Positions 35,687-47,420 of a stretch of 64,000 bases of DNA are shown piece after piece. A program made the position numbers and the translations under genes. Origin of the DNA: Torpedo marmorata. Lineage: Eukaryota. The stretch is from the NCBI GenBank assembly GCA_977017645.1, contig OZ360227.1, positions 34,224,001 through 34,288,000 of the forward strand, in the 5' to 3' direction. The notes beneath the pieces are model-generated. The model was given only the letters and a program-made list of their open reading frames with translations. It did no database searches and was not told where the DNA came from. Each line of letters starts with the position of its first letter. Within the stretch, counting starts at the first letter, position 1.

Positions 35687-38600
35687 ATGGCTGATTCTAG
35701 AAGTATAAATTTTGTAAGTATTAATGTTAATGGGCTTAATAATCCAATTAAGAGGAAAAAAACTTTAGCACATATTAAAAAATTAAAAGTAGATATAGCT
35801 TTTTTACAGGAAACACATTTGATTGATAAAGAACATCAAAAATTAAAGAGAGAATGGGTAGGACATGTAGTAGCTTCATCTTTTAATTCTAAAGCGAGAG
35901 GAGTAGCGATTTTAATCAGTAAAAAATTACCATTTAAAATACAATCAGTAGTGACGGATATAGCTGGTAGATATGTTTTAGTGCATTGTCAAATTTATTC
36001 AGAAATATGGACTCTTTTAAATTTATATATTACAAACCCAGAGGATGAACAATTTATTCAAGATACTTTTTTACATTTATCTGAGGCTAAGGAAAATATT
36101 TTAATTGGAGGAGATTTTAATTGTTGTCTTAATGCAAATATGGATAAAACATCTAGAACATTTGTTAGACCTAAGATAGTTAAAAAAATTATTAATTTAA
36201 TGGATGATTTAAATTTAGTAGATATTTGGAGAAAGTTAAACCCTAGAGAAAAAGATTATTCATTTTATTCATTTCGACATAATTCATTCTCAAGGATTGA
36301 TTTATTCTTAATATCTTCACAAATTCAAGATAGAATAACTCAAATTTCTTATAAAGCAAGAATAATTTCGGACCATTCACCTTTATTAATGACATGTATA
36401 ATTCCAGAGAAAGAAAAAACTGTATATAACTGGAGATTAGACTCTTCTTTATTAAATAGAAAAGATTTTTGTGAATATATAAGAAAAGAAATTCAGGAAT
36501 TTTTAAGAATTAATAATAATTCAGTTGAAGATAAGTTTATAATTTGGGAATCTTTAAAAGCATATTTAAGAGGATTGATAATAAGCTTTTCGGCAAAAAT
36601 TAGAAAAGATTATGTGAAAGAAGAAGAAAAACTGGAGGGAGAAATTGAAGTTATGGAAAAGGATTTTCAAAGAAATAAAACAATTTCTAAGAGACAATGT
36701 TTAATTGGGAAAAAATTACATTATAATATATTACAAACTCGAAAAATAGAAAAATTAATTGGTAGAACAAAGCAAAGATATTATGAATTGGGAGAAAGAG
36801 CACATAAAGTTTTAGCATGGCAATTAAAGAAAGAACAAGTTTCTAAAACTATAAATGCTATAAAGAAAAGTTCTGGAGAAATAACTTATAAACCTCAAGA
36901 AATAAATAATTCATTTAAAGAGTATTATCAAAATTTATATACTTCGCAAATGAATCAAGATGTTGTAAAAATTGATGATTTTTTAGATAAAATTACATTG
37001 CCCAAATTAAATAGTTTTAATAGAGATTCATTAGATTTACCAATTACAATGAGAGAAGTAGGTGAAGCTTTGTCATCATTGAATAGTGGTAAATCTCCCG
37101 GTGATGATGGTTTTCCGGCAGAGTTTTATAAGAAGTTTAAAGATGTATTGATACCTATATATATGGAAGTATTAACTCAAATAAAGGAAACTCATTCATT
37201 ACCGAAAACATTTTTAAATGCTATTATCACAGTTATACCAAAGAAAGATAGAGATGTATTAAAAACAGAATCGTATAGGCCTATATCATTGTTAAATGTA
37301 GATTATAAATTAATGGCAAAAATCTTGACAAATAGACTAGCTAAGTTTTTACCATCTTTAATACATTCAGATCAAGCAGGATTTATTAAAAATAGATATT
37401 CAAAGGATAATATAGCAAGATTAATAAGTTTAATTAATTTACAAAAAAAAAACAGGATTTGCCGTTAGTGATAGCATTAGATGCAGAAAAAGCATTTGAT
37501 AGAGTAGAATGGAAGTTTTTATTTAAAGTTTTAGAGAAATATGGATTTGGAAATACGTTTATAAACTGGATTAAGACTATATATAAGGAACCTACAGCCA
37601 GAGTAATTACAAATGGTCAAATATCATCTAAATTCTCTTTGACGCGGTCAACAAGACAAGGATGTCCATTGTCACCTGCCTTATTTGTATTGGCAATAGA
37701 ACCGTTGGCGGAAATGATTAGGAAAGATATCAATATAAATGGGATAAAAGTAGGTGTAGAAGAGCATAAAATTAGTTTGTTTGCAGATGATGTATTAATA
37801 TATATGACAAAATCTATTGAATCACTTCAACAATTAGATAAAATATTGAGGGATTATGGTGAAATATCTGGATATAAAATTAATTCGGATAAAAGTGAGA
37901 TAATGGCTTTATCTCAAGGAGATTATACTAAATGTAAAGAAGTTACAAAATTTAAATGGACTAAAGAAGCTATTAAATATTTGGGAGTTAAAGTGGATAC
38001 AAAGTTAGAAAATTTATATAAATTAAATTACATACCTTTATTTCAGAAAATAAAGAAGGATTTGGATAATTGGAAAGATTTACCCATAACTTTAATAGGA
38101 AGAGTGAATTGTATTAAAATGAATATTTTTCCAAAAGTTCAATATCTTTTTCAATCTATACCTTTTGGTATTCCTCAAAAATTTTTTAAAGATTTAAAAA
38201 TTATTATTAGAAAGTTTTTATGGAAAGGTAAATTGGCAAGAGTAAGTATGGATAAATTAACTTGGGAATACGAAATGGGAGGATTACAACTCCCTAATTT
38301 CCAATATTATTATAAGGCAGCACAATTAAAATTTATAAATGAACTATTTGATTTAACTAAAAATACGGCTTGGATTAATATAGAATTGAGTAATATAGGA
38401 GAAAGAAATAAGGAAGATATTATTTATAAATGGAATTCTAAATTATTATTGATTAAAAAGAAAAAGTCACCGATTATTAAACATCTATTGGAAATTTGGA
38501 ATCAATTAGATAATGAAATAGGACGAAAAGGATTAATTTCTTTAAATATGCCATTATATCAGAATTTATTATTACCATTTTCTATTGATAATCAATTTTT

Positions 38601-39471
38601 AAAATTATGGTATCAAAAAGGAATTAAGAAGATTAAAGATTGTTTTGAGGCAGGAAGATTTGTTACTTTTTCTAGATTGAAAGAAAAATTTGGAATAATG
38701 GATAATACAGTTTTGGCTTATTATCAAGTTAAAGGATTTTTAGTTGAGAAATTAGGGAATCAATTAATATCCCCTAGACAAGATGGGTTAGAGTTATTAA
38801 TTACTAATGGAAATGTTAACAAATTTATATCGCAAATGTATAAATTACTTCAGAAAAAAATGTTTAAAGTAGGACTACATAAATCTAGATTAAATTGGGA
38901 ATCAGATCTAAACACTAATATAGATGAACAACACTGGAAAGAATTATGTAAACTGAGTATGACTAAGATTATTAATGTTAGATATAGATTAGTACAATAT
39001 AATTTTTTTCATCAATTATATATAACACCTAAAAAATTAAAGAAATTCAATTCGGCATTGTCAGATATGTGTTTTAGATGTAAAGATGAAATAGGTTCTT
39101 TTGTACATTGTACATGGTTGTGTTTGAAAATTAAAAATTTTTGGTCTAAAGTTAAGGAATTTTTAGATAGAATTCTTAATATTACGATTCCAATGGACCC
39201 TATGATATTTCTGTTTGGAGATATTAAAAAAATCAGTATTAGAAATAGATTGAATATGTACCAAATAGAATTTTTACGAATTGTGTTAGCAATTTCAAAA
39301 AAATGTATTGCTATTACTTGGAAATCAGATTTAGATTTAAATTTGGATAGATTACATGCAGAGTTACGCTCGTGTATACCATTGGAAAAAATTACGTATA
39401 ATTTACGAGACAAATATCATTTCTTTCTGAAAATTTGGAGCCCATATATGAGAATTATGGGTATGAATTAA
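35687..39471 (+). CDS. L1 ORF2p (APE endonuclease, RT, CCHC), broken by one frameshift in an A10 run at 37443-37452
   Basis: SINVNGLN, FLQETH, GGDFN, SDH; KSPGDDG, YRPISLLNVD; LDAEKAFD, RQGCPLSP, FADD, YLG; CFRC...H...C. The two ORFs join at a single homopolymer. Confidence 0.92.
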
Positions 39472-40030
39472 TTCTCTAGAAGTTAGTACCGCTGACAAAG
39501 TAACCTCCAATATATAAGTAGAGTTAGCTTGAAATAGTTTTTTCTCCTCATACTAACACTAATTTTCTTTCTTAACTTTATTATTCAACCTTTTTCTTTC
39601 CTTTTAATTAACATTTTTATATTCTATTTTCTTTTTTATTAGATAGCGTGGGAGGGTTGGGGAGGGGAGGGTGGGAAGGGGGGGTAGTAAATATATCACA
39701 TGTATTTTCAATAATATATTATTTTCTTGATATATGTATTTTGTGATTTTAAAAAATTAAATAAAATTATAAAAAAAAAAAAAAAAAAAGAAAAATCAGC
39801 AATGTTTACACAGTTGTAGTTGGGAGTTGACTTTGAAAGACTAAATGTACTAAAATCACTTAACAATCCAAGCCAAATGCCCCACAATGCAGTACACTGC
39901 CCACGTCAGCCTTGTATTGTTCCAAATTTTTTTTATTCCTTCAGATGCTATAAAAATTGTAAGTCATTGTTGGACATAAAATTTAATCAATTACACCCTT
40001 TAGGATACGGTACAGTTTAGGAAGTGTATG

Positions 40031-40693
40031 TATTATGGTGACTTCGATCCAACAATAGTCGCCTGGAGGCTAAGTGAGATACTTGTCTTTGACGCGTTTT
40101 AATTAATTTACCAACAAAGTCCAATATGTTCAAAAACTTTATTTACACACGTGACTTGCAGTAATCTTCAATGACTTTAATATAAACAGTTCTTGAAATG
40201 ATGTATGATGAGTTCCTTTAAATGATTCCTTAAACTGTACTTAGTTGTTCAAACAATTCCAAACCACAAAGTAATCAGTTCAATGTTCAATGAAATGATG
40301 TATAAGACGTTTAGAAACTATCTTTGAAACGCTGTATTAAACGATGTCTGAAACACTCGATGAAACGATATAAAAAGTTATAAAACGTTATAAAACGGTC
40401 AATAAAGATATGGAGATCTCACTCACCCTCCTACATCTTATTCTTTTTCCTATTCTCTCCTCGATTCGCGCATGCTCCGTCCCTCCTATACCACTGCGCA
40501 CACTACATCTCCCCCTATACACCGCGCACAATGACGTCACTCCAGACTGCGCTTGCGCCCGTCGGCACTCCAGCGCATGCGCAGAGCACAGAACAGGCCG
40601 AGGACGGCCTACAGACAGCGCGAGTGCTCCACACCCCGACGAGCCATCGGAGTGCCACAGCAAAGGTAAGTTAATGAGCCTACGGCTCTTACA
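40031..40693 (-). mobile_element. Probable solo LTR (about 663 bp)
   Basis: 5-bp direct repeat GTATG at 40026-40030 and 40694-40698. The minus strand begins TGTAAGAG and ends CATAATA (a CA-to-TA variant). CpG-rich U3-like part with TGACGTCA (40532-40539) and GCGCATGCGC (40573-40582). Confidence 0.6.
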
Positions 40694-41011
40694 GTATGCA
40701 ACTGCTTTAACTCACTGTGGAGTTCTCATTGCAATTTTAGACACATTTCATAAGAGGTAGGATTTGACTGCTTTCTCACTCTGAGGTGTTTATCATCAGG
40801 TCGACTTTAAACAAATCAAGTGCAATACAGCAAGTTTGTCAACTACATTTAACAGCATGAAGACAGATTCACAAATAAACAAAAAAGGTTAAAGGTTCTT
40901 GTGATACTTTTGGAAGCAATAAACATGACCAACTATTATGCGAGAGAAATTCAAGAAAAAAGGGGATGGAAGGTTTTAAAACAAAAGGTTGGATGAATAT
41001 CCCTATTTTAC

Positions 41012-41132
41012 CTGTGGATGCATCCCATTCGATGAATATAATCCAATGCCTTCAGAACTCCATAAAATATATGTGCCATTAAACTTTCACTCATGCCTTC
41101 AGTAAAATACTTTAGCAGGCTGCTGGCAGAAC
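41012..41132 (-). CDS. STRADB: STRADB exon 7 (121 nt): (G)SASSLLKYFTEGMSESLMAHIFYGVLKALDYIHRMGCIHR
   Basis: Matches the STRAD pattern GSA...EGMSE...GCIHR. CAG/GTAA junctions, phase 1 to 2. Confidence 0.96.
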
Positions 41133-41230
41133 CTGGATAAGGTCAAAAAAGCAAGATCAGAGGGTCATTAAAAATTATTGCGTATAAAATGTACAATACC
41201 AGAGGAAGATCTCTATAGGTTTTACCTTAC

Positions 41231-41339
41231 CATAGGCTGTGAACGCCAGGATGACCCATAATTCGCTACCTTCTGCAAAAACAGCTGGATGCGGCAGGAT
41301 ATTGGGGTGTCGAAGAAATTGCCAGATAAGCAGCTCATT
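41231..41339 (-). CDS. STRADB: STRADB exon 6 (109 nt): NELLIWQFLRHPNILPHPAVFAEGSELWVILAFTAY(G)
   Basis: HPNI and LWV...AYG kinase motifs. CAG/GTAAG junctions. A 98-nt intron separates it from exon 7. Confidence 0.95.
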
Positions 41340-41466
41340 CTGAAAGCAAAGCACAAATTCTATGGATAAAGCTTCATTCAGAGAAATTAATAATCTACAC
41401 TGTCCATCCTTTCTGAAAATGCCACCAATTGTTGCTCTAAGACTACTCCTTTCAATTTTCTCTTAG

Positions 41467-44400
41467 TGTAGCAGCCCGCGACCTACTCCGCAGGCCGACA
41501 CAGGGAGCCGTGTTCGAACACGGCGATCGCGCAGGCAGCACGCGATTCGGATGGCCCGTTCCCATAGGCCACAACGGCAAGGAGGGAACGGGCCAATCCC
41601 TAAGGACGGATCGTGGCCCGACCAATCCTGGGCGTCGCGCCTTCAGCCACGCCCCATCAGAGACGCAGCAGTCAGACTTAGCTCGTCTATAAAAGACAGA
41701 GCCGACGGCAGAATAGGCAGTTCTGTCTTGACGCTCGGAGGGTGTGCATCTCCCTCTTGAGCTCCAGAACTAGAGTGACGACCAACTTGACGCGCAGAGC
41801 TATAGCGACGCGCTACAGTGGTGACCCCGACTGGTCCAAACGGCGATTTGGACCTGAAGATGGATCAGTCTTCAATCAACGTGGTTTCGTTGAAGCTGCC
41901 GAGCTTCTGGACATCGCAGCCGCTGGTATGGTTCGAGCAAGCCGAAGCACAGTTCACCCTTCGAAGGATCTACGACGACACCGCCCGCTATTACCACCTG
42001 GTAAGTGCCCTCGAGCAGGAGACGGCGGCTAGGATTATGGACTTCCTGCGGCGTCCTCCAGAGCAGGGGAGGTATGTGGCCATCAAGGAGCTGTTGTCCT
42101 GCACTTTCAGGCTCTCGAGGCGAGAGGCCCGATTGTTGCATATGGACGGCTTGGGGGACAGGGCCCCTTCCGCCCTCATGAGCGACATGCTCACCTTAAC
42201 AGATGACCACAGACCTTGCCTGCTGTTCGAGCAGGTCTTCCTGGAGCGATTGCCAGAGGACATCCAGCTGTTGCTCGCGGAAGAGGATTTCAGCGACTCC
42301 AGGAAGGTAGTTGCCCGAGTGGACGTGCTCTGGGCGGCGAAGAAAGACGACTGTGCAACAATGGAGCAAGTGTCCACGTCTCGTCCGCGGCCCCCCGAAC
42401 AGTCGACCCGCCAACCGACGGAACCCACCGGTGAGGAGTACTGTTTCTACCACCAGCGGTGGGGTTCCGAGGCCCGTCGATGCCGTTCCCCCTGTGCGTT
42501 TCAGGGAAATGCCAGCGCTGGCCGCCGTTGATGGTTGCGGTGGTCGACCTACTCCATGTACAGGACGCCCTGTTGGCCGTCTGTTCCTGGTCGATACTGG
42601 GGCCGAAGTCAGTGTTTTTCCCCCTTCCAGTACCGACATCCACAGCAGCAGGGTTGGACAGGGACTGAGAGCGGCCAATGATTCAGATATTCGCACTTTT
42701 GCACCCGCGCTATCCTCCTCCGTTTTGGGGGAAGTTCATGCTGGCAGCGGGGCGGCAGCCGCTCCTGGGCGCGGATTTCCTTAGGGCCAATTCCCTACTA
42801 GTGGACATCAAGGGGCGAAGATTGGTGCATGCCACAACTTTTCAGACTCTTTCCCTGAGTGGGACTGAGCTCACTGCCCCCTGCCTGCACTTGGTAGCAG
42901 CTACGGACAATGAGATGGCATGGATTAGGGCCGAATTCCCTGCCATCACGACGCCACATTTTTCCTCGGCGGAACCTAGGCACGGGGTTCGGCATCATAT
43001 CGTAATGACGGGACCTCCCCTTCACGCCAGGGCGCGCCGCCTTCCCCCCTAGAAGCTCAATCTCGCCAAAAAAGAGTTCCGGAAGATGGAAGAGCTGGGC
43101 ATTGTGCAGCGTTCTGACAGCCCCTGGGCCTCCCCACTCCACATGGTGCCCAAGGCAGCAGGGGGCTGGAGACCAAGCAGGGATTACCGCCGTCTCAACG
43201 AGGCCACCACACCGGACAGATATCCGGTGCCCCACATCCAGGACTTTACCGCTAACCTACAGGGGGCACGGATATTCTCAAAGGTGGACCTCGTTAAGGG
43301 CTATCACCAGATTCCGGTCCAGCCGGAAGACATCGCCAAGACTGCCATTATCACCCCCTTTGGTCTGTTTGAGTTTCTTCAAATGCCGTTCGGCCTGAAG
43401 AACGCAGCTCAAACCTTCCAGAGGTTGATGGACGCAGTGGGCCGGGATCTCAAGTTCACCTTCATTTATTTGGACGACATACTGATAGCCAGCCGCAATC
43501 ATGCTGAACATGCTATCCATATAAGACAGGTTTGCACCCGCCTGAAGGAGTTCAGGTTGATAATCAACCCCGCCAAGTGCCAGTTCGGGCGGGAGTCCAT
43601 CAATTTCCTGGGGCACCGTATTAACAGGGATGGGGCCAGGCCACTGCCCGAAAAGGTGGAGGCCATCCGGTCATTTGCAAAGCCCGCAACGATAAAGGGC
43701 CTGCAGGAGTTTGTCGGTATAATTAACTTTTATCATCGTTTCATACCGGCAGCAGCTGGCATCATGCGGCCCTTATTCTCCCTCATGGCAGGCCCAAAGA
43801 AGGAAATCGAATGGACGCAGGAGGCATCAGAAGCTTTCCAAACCGCCAAAGACACCCTGGAAAACGCCACCCTTCTGGTGCATCCGAGGACAGACGCCCC
43901 GACAGCCCTCACTGTGGACGCCTCCAACACAGCGGTCGGGGGAGTACTTGAGCAGTTGATCGCTGGACAATGGCAGCCGCTGGCCTTTTTCAGCAAGCAC
44001 CTCCGCCCACCAGAGCTCAAGTACAGTGCCTCTGATCGGGAGCTCTTAGCACTATACCTGGCGGTCCGACATTTCCGATACTACCTGGAGGGCAGGAGGT
44101 TCAAAATATTCACGACCACAAGCCGCTCACCCATGGTCAGCCAGGCAGCAAAGGCACCTGTCCTACGTGTCCGAGTTCTCCACGGACATAGCACACATTG
44201 CCGGGAAGTCGAATGTGGTGGCTGACGCGCTATCTTGGCCAGCCATACTGGAAATACACGCCCTCGCCCCAGGCATCGACTACGCAGCCCTGGCTGAAGC
44301 ACAACGAGCAGACCTCGGCATACCTGCATACCGGACGGCAGTAACCGGTCTCCTTCTGGAGGACGTTCGCATCGGACCAGGAAAGCAGACGCTTTTGTGC

Positions 44401-45867
44401 GACACCTCGACTGGTATGCCTAGACCCATCATACCCGCAGCGTGGAGAAAACGGGTTTTTGACACGATCCACAACCTGGCGCACCCAGCCATCAGAACCA
44501 CGTTTAAGATGGTGGCCAGCCGGTTTGTACGGCATGGTCTCCGTAAGGAGGTTAGTCAGTGGGCCAAGACCTGCACGCATTGCCAGGAGTCAAAGGTGCA
44601 GACGCACATTAAAGCCCCTCTCCAGTCATTCGAGCCGGCACGACGGAGGTTCAGCCATGTGCATGTGGACATTGTAGGCCCACTGCCAGTGTCAAGAGGT
44701 GCTCGATACCTATTGACCATGATGGCCGGAAGCAGTCCCGCTTGTGGAAACATCCGCAGAGTCGTGTGCCAGGGCCTTGCTAAACACCTGGATGGCGCGG
44801 TTTGGAGTCCCTGAGCACCTTAGGTCGGACAGAGGTGCCCAGTTCACCTCCAGCCTTTGGGCGGCCTTGGCCAACACCCATGGAACACAACTCCATCATA
44901 CTACGGCATACCATCCTCAGGCCAACGGGTTGGTGGAGAGGTTCCACAGGCACCTCAAGGCAGCCCTCATGGCTCGGCTCACAGGACCGCACTGGGCTGA
45001 TGAACTGCCTTGGGTTCTCCTGGGCATCCGCACTGAGCCCAAAGACGATTTTGACGTGTCTGCAGCGGAGATGGTCTATGGTGCACCCCTGGTCATCCCG
45101 GGTGAATTCCTGGCCGACGCCCGGAACACGGAGGAGACTCCAGCGGTAGCCCTGACTCGTCTGCGGCAACGACTGGGTACGCTGGCCCCGGCACAGCCCA
45201 GGGCGCACGGCCAGCCTAAAACTTACGTTCCAAGGAACTTGAAGGACTGCAGGCATGTGTTTGTAAGGCGAGGGGCACATCGGCCACCACTCCAATGACC
45301 GTACGAAGGGCCGTACCAGGTTATCAAACACAACGGCTCCACTTGTGTCATAGATATTGGCGTCAGGGAGGAAACGGTCGCGGTTGACCGACTCAAGCCA
45401 GCACACCTGGACCCTGGCCAACCGGTCACTCACCCTATTCGACGCAGCAGGTGGCGGCCTCCCAAGGACAAGGCCACCGCACAGATTGCCGGTTCTGGGG
45501 GGGCGGGGTCGTGTAGCGGCCCGCGACCTACACCGCAGGCCGACACAGGGAGCCGTGTTCGAACACGGCGATCGCGCAGGCGGCACGTGATTCAGACGGC
45601 CCGTTCCCATAGGCCACAACGGCAAGGAGGGAACGGGCCAATCCCTAAGGATGGATCGTGGCCTGACCAATCCTGGGCATCGCGCCTTAGGCCACTCCCC
45701 ATCAGTGACGCAGCAGTCAGGCTCGGCCTGCCTATAAAAGGCAGAGCCGACGGAGAATAGGCAGTTCTGTCTTGACGCTCAGAGGGAGTGCATCTCCCTC
45801 TTGAGCTCCAGAACTAGAGCGACGACCAACTCGACGCGCAGAGCTACAGCCGTAGCGACGCGCTACA
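41467..45867 (+). mobile_element. Second full-length degenerate Gypsy LTR retrotransposon, CsRn1/Kabuki-type (different family)
   Basis: LTRs at 41467-41817 and 45512-45867, PBS TGGTGACCCCGAC at 41819 (tRNA-Trp) and PPT at about 45497-45508. Open gag with CFYHQRWGSEARRCRSPC (CHCC), PR LVDTGA, RT YLDD, RNase H, and IN with PYEGPY. Confidence 0.95.
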
Positions 45868-46236
45868 ACAGTTTATAAATTTTTAATTCATTGATGCAAT
45901 ATGGGGGTAGACAGGATAACTGGCGTTTTCCTGGATTTAGTTCGTGCATCAACTGGTGTGCCACAATCGGCTTCAACTGTACAAGATTGAGGATAAGGTG
46001 ATTAGAAAATGCCACAAGATCAAAAAATTCACAGAAAAGAAACACAGAATGAATTAATAGTAAGAAATATAGATAAGTCACTCAAGTGCAAAGTCAGAAG
46101 ACATGCCAAATAAGGAAATGATTGATCTGAGCATTCAACAAAACTTTGCACCCATCTTCACAGTAGGAGACTGATGAGTTAACAAAAATTCAAACACAAT
46201 TCTTAAAAGTTGTTTTATCTTTAACCATTCCAGCTC

Positions 46237-47420
46237 TTACCGAATAATACTCTTTTTTGTTATTTTCAATTAAGAGGATATTTAAGGGAAAAACTAGGTT
46301 CAGATATGCTGTTACAAAATTGTAGTGAAGTGGAAACTCTTATCAGGAAAGGAAATACTAGAAAATTTACTTCTATAATATACTCCTTGTTGCAAAGAGG
46401 AGCCCTTAAACAAGGACTTCATAAATCTTGACAGAGATGGGAACAAGATCTTAATGTGACAATTGACGAAAAAAGATGGTCAGATTTATGTCAAGATAGC
46501 ATGACCAATACTATTAATGTAAGATATAGATTAGTACAGTATAATTTTTTTACACCAATTATATCTTACACCGCAAAAATTGAATAAAATGAAATCTGCA
46601 TTATCAAATAAGTATTTTAGATGTGGTGAAGAAGAGGGAACTTTTTTACATTCAACTTGGTTATGCTCCAAGGTAAGACCCTTCTGGGTGGAATTAGGGA
46701 ATTTGTTAAAACAAATTACGGGTGTTACACTCCCACAAAACCCTGATTGATTTTTATTAGGGAATGTTGAAGGAACTAGACCAAAATTGAAGTTATCAAT
46801 ATATCAATTGAAATTTGTTAAAATTGCTTTAGCGGTAGCGAGGAAGTGTATAGCAGTAACTTGGAAGTCAGATACAAATTTAGGTATGGAAAGATGGAAT
46901 ATAGAGATGCAGAGTTGTATTCCATTGGAAAAAATAACATATAATATGAGAAATAAATATGGGGTATTTTGGCAAATTTGGCTTCCATATATCCAGACAT
47001 TAGGTATAAATATGTAAATGTGTTATTCCACATCCTCGGCCTTACTGACTCTCTCAAACTTAAATAATAAAAATACTGTTGAAAACCTTGCGTCGAACTG
47101 TGAATGCCCGGGCGATCCATTTAGATGTATTTTATAAGTAATATTATATTACTTTCTTTTTTAGTTTTTAGGAAGGGGAGGGAATTTAAGGGGAGGGAAT
47201 GGGTGGAGGGTGGGATTAGAAATATTAAGTAATAATTTTAATTTGAAATGTTTGAAAAATGTTATAAGGGTTTTGGGGGGGGTTAAGAGAAGGGGTAGAT
47301 ACACTATGTAATACAAATATAATTATAAAATATTTTTCTGAAGTTAACAATGTATATTATTCATGTATGTATTACTGTGTGAAAATTTAAAATTTAAAAT
47401 AAAATATTCAAAAAAAACAA
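46237..47420 (+). mobile_element. 5'-truncated L1 3' fragment (related subfamily)
   Basis: INVRYRLVQYNF...KCIAVTWKSD...SCIPLEKITY is homologous to the ORF2 C-terminus at about 39000-39470. G-rich tract, AATAAA and A tail. Possible decayed TSD (AACCATTCCAGCTC / AAACATTCTGGCTC). Confidence 0.85.

Larger units (their letters stand above)
33937..39787 (+). mobile_element. Near-intact full-length L1-clade LINE
   Basis: 16-bp TSD AAGAAAAATCAGCAAT at 33921-33936 and 39788-39803. ORF1 and ORF2 present, G-rich 3'UTR tract, AATAAA and a poly(A) tail. Confidence 0.96.

Noticed and set aside
39012-39413. 133-aa antisense ORF in L1 ORF2
   Set aside because: Low-complexity I/F/L/K shadow of AT-rich codons. 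No equivalent ORF is listed for the related copy at 51.5-52 kb.
39649-39686. G-quadruplex-forming tract as a novel element
   Set aside because: G-rich 3'UTR tracts are a known L1 feature and are also present in the other L1 copies here.
44780-45670. 296-aa antisense ORF and other overlapping ORFs in the Gypsy elements
   Set aside because: These are shadow frames of GC-rich pol and LTR sequence, with no motifs and no counterpart in the other element.
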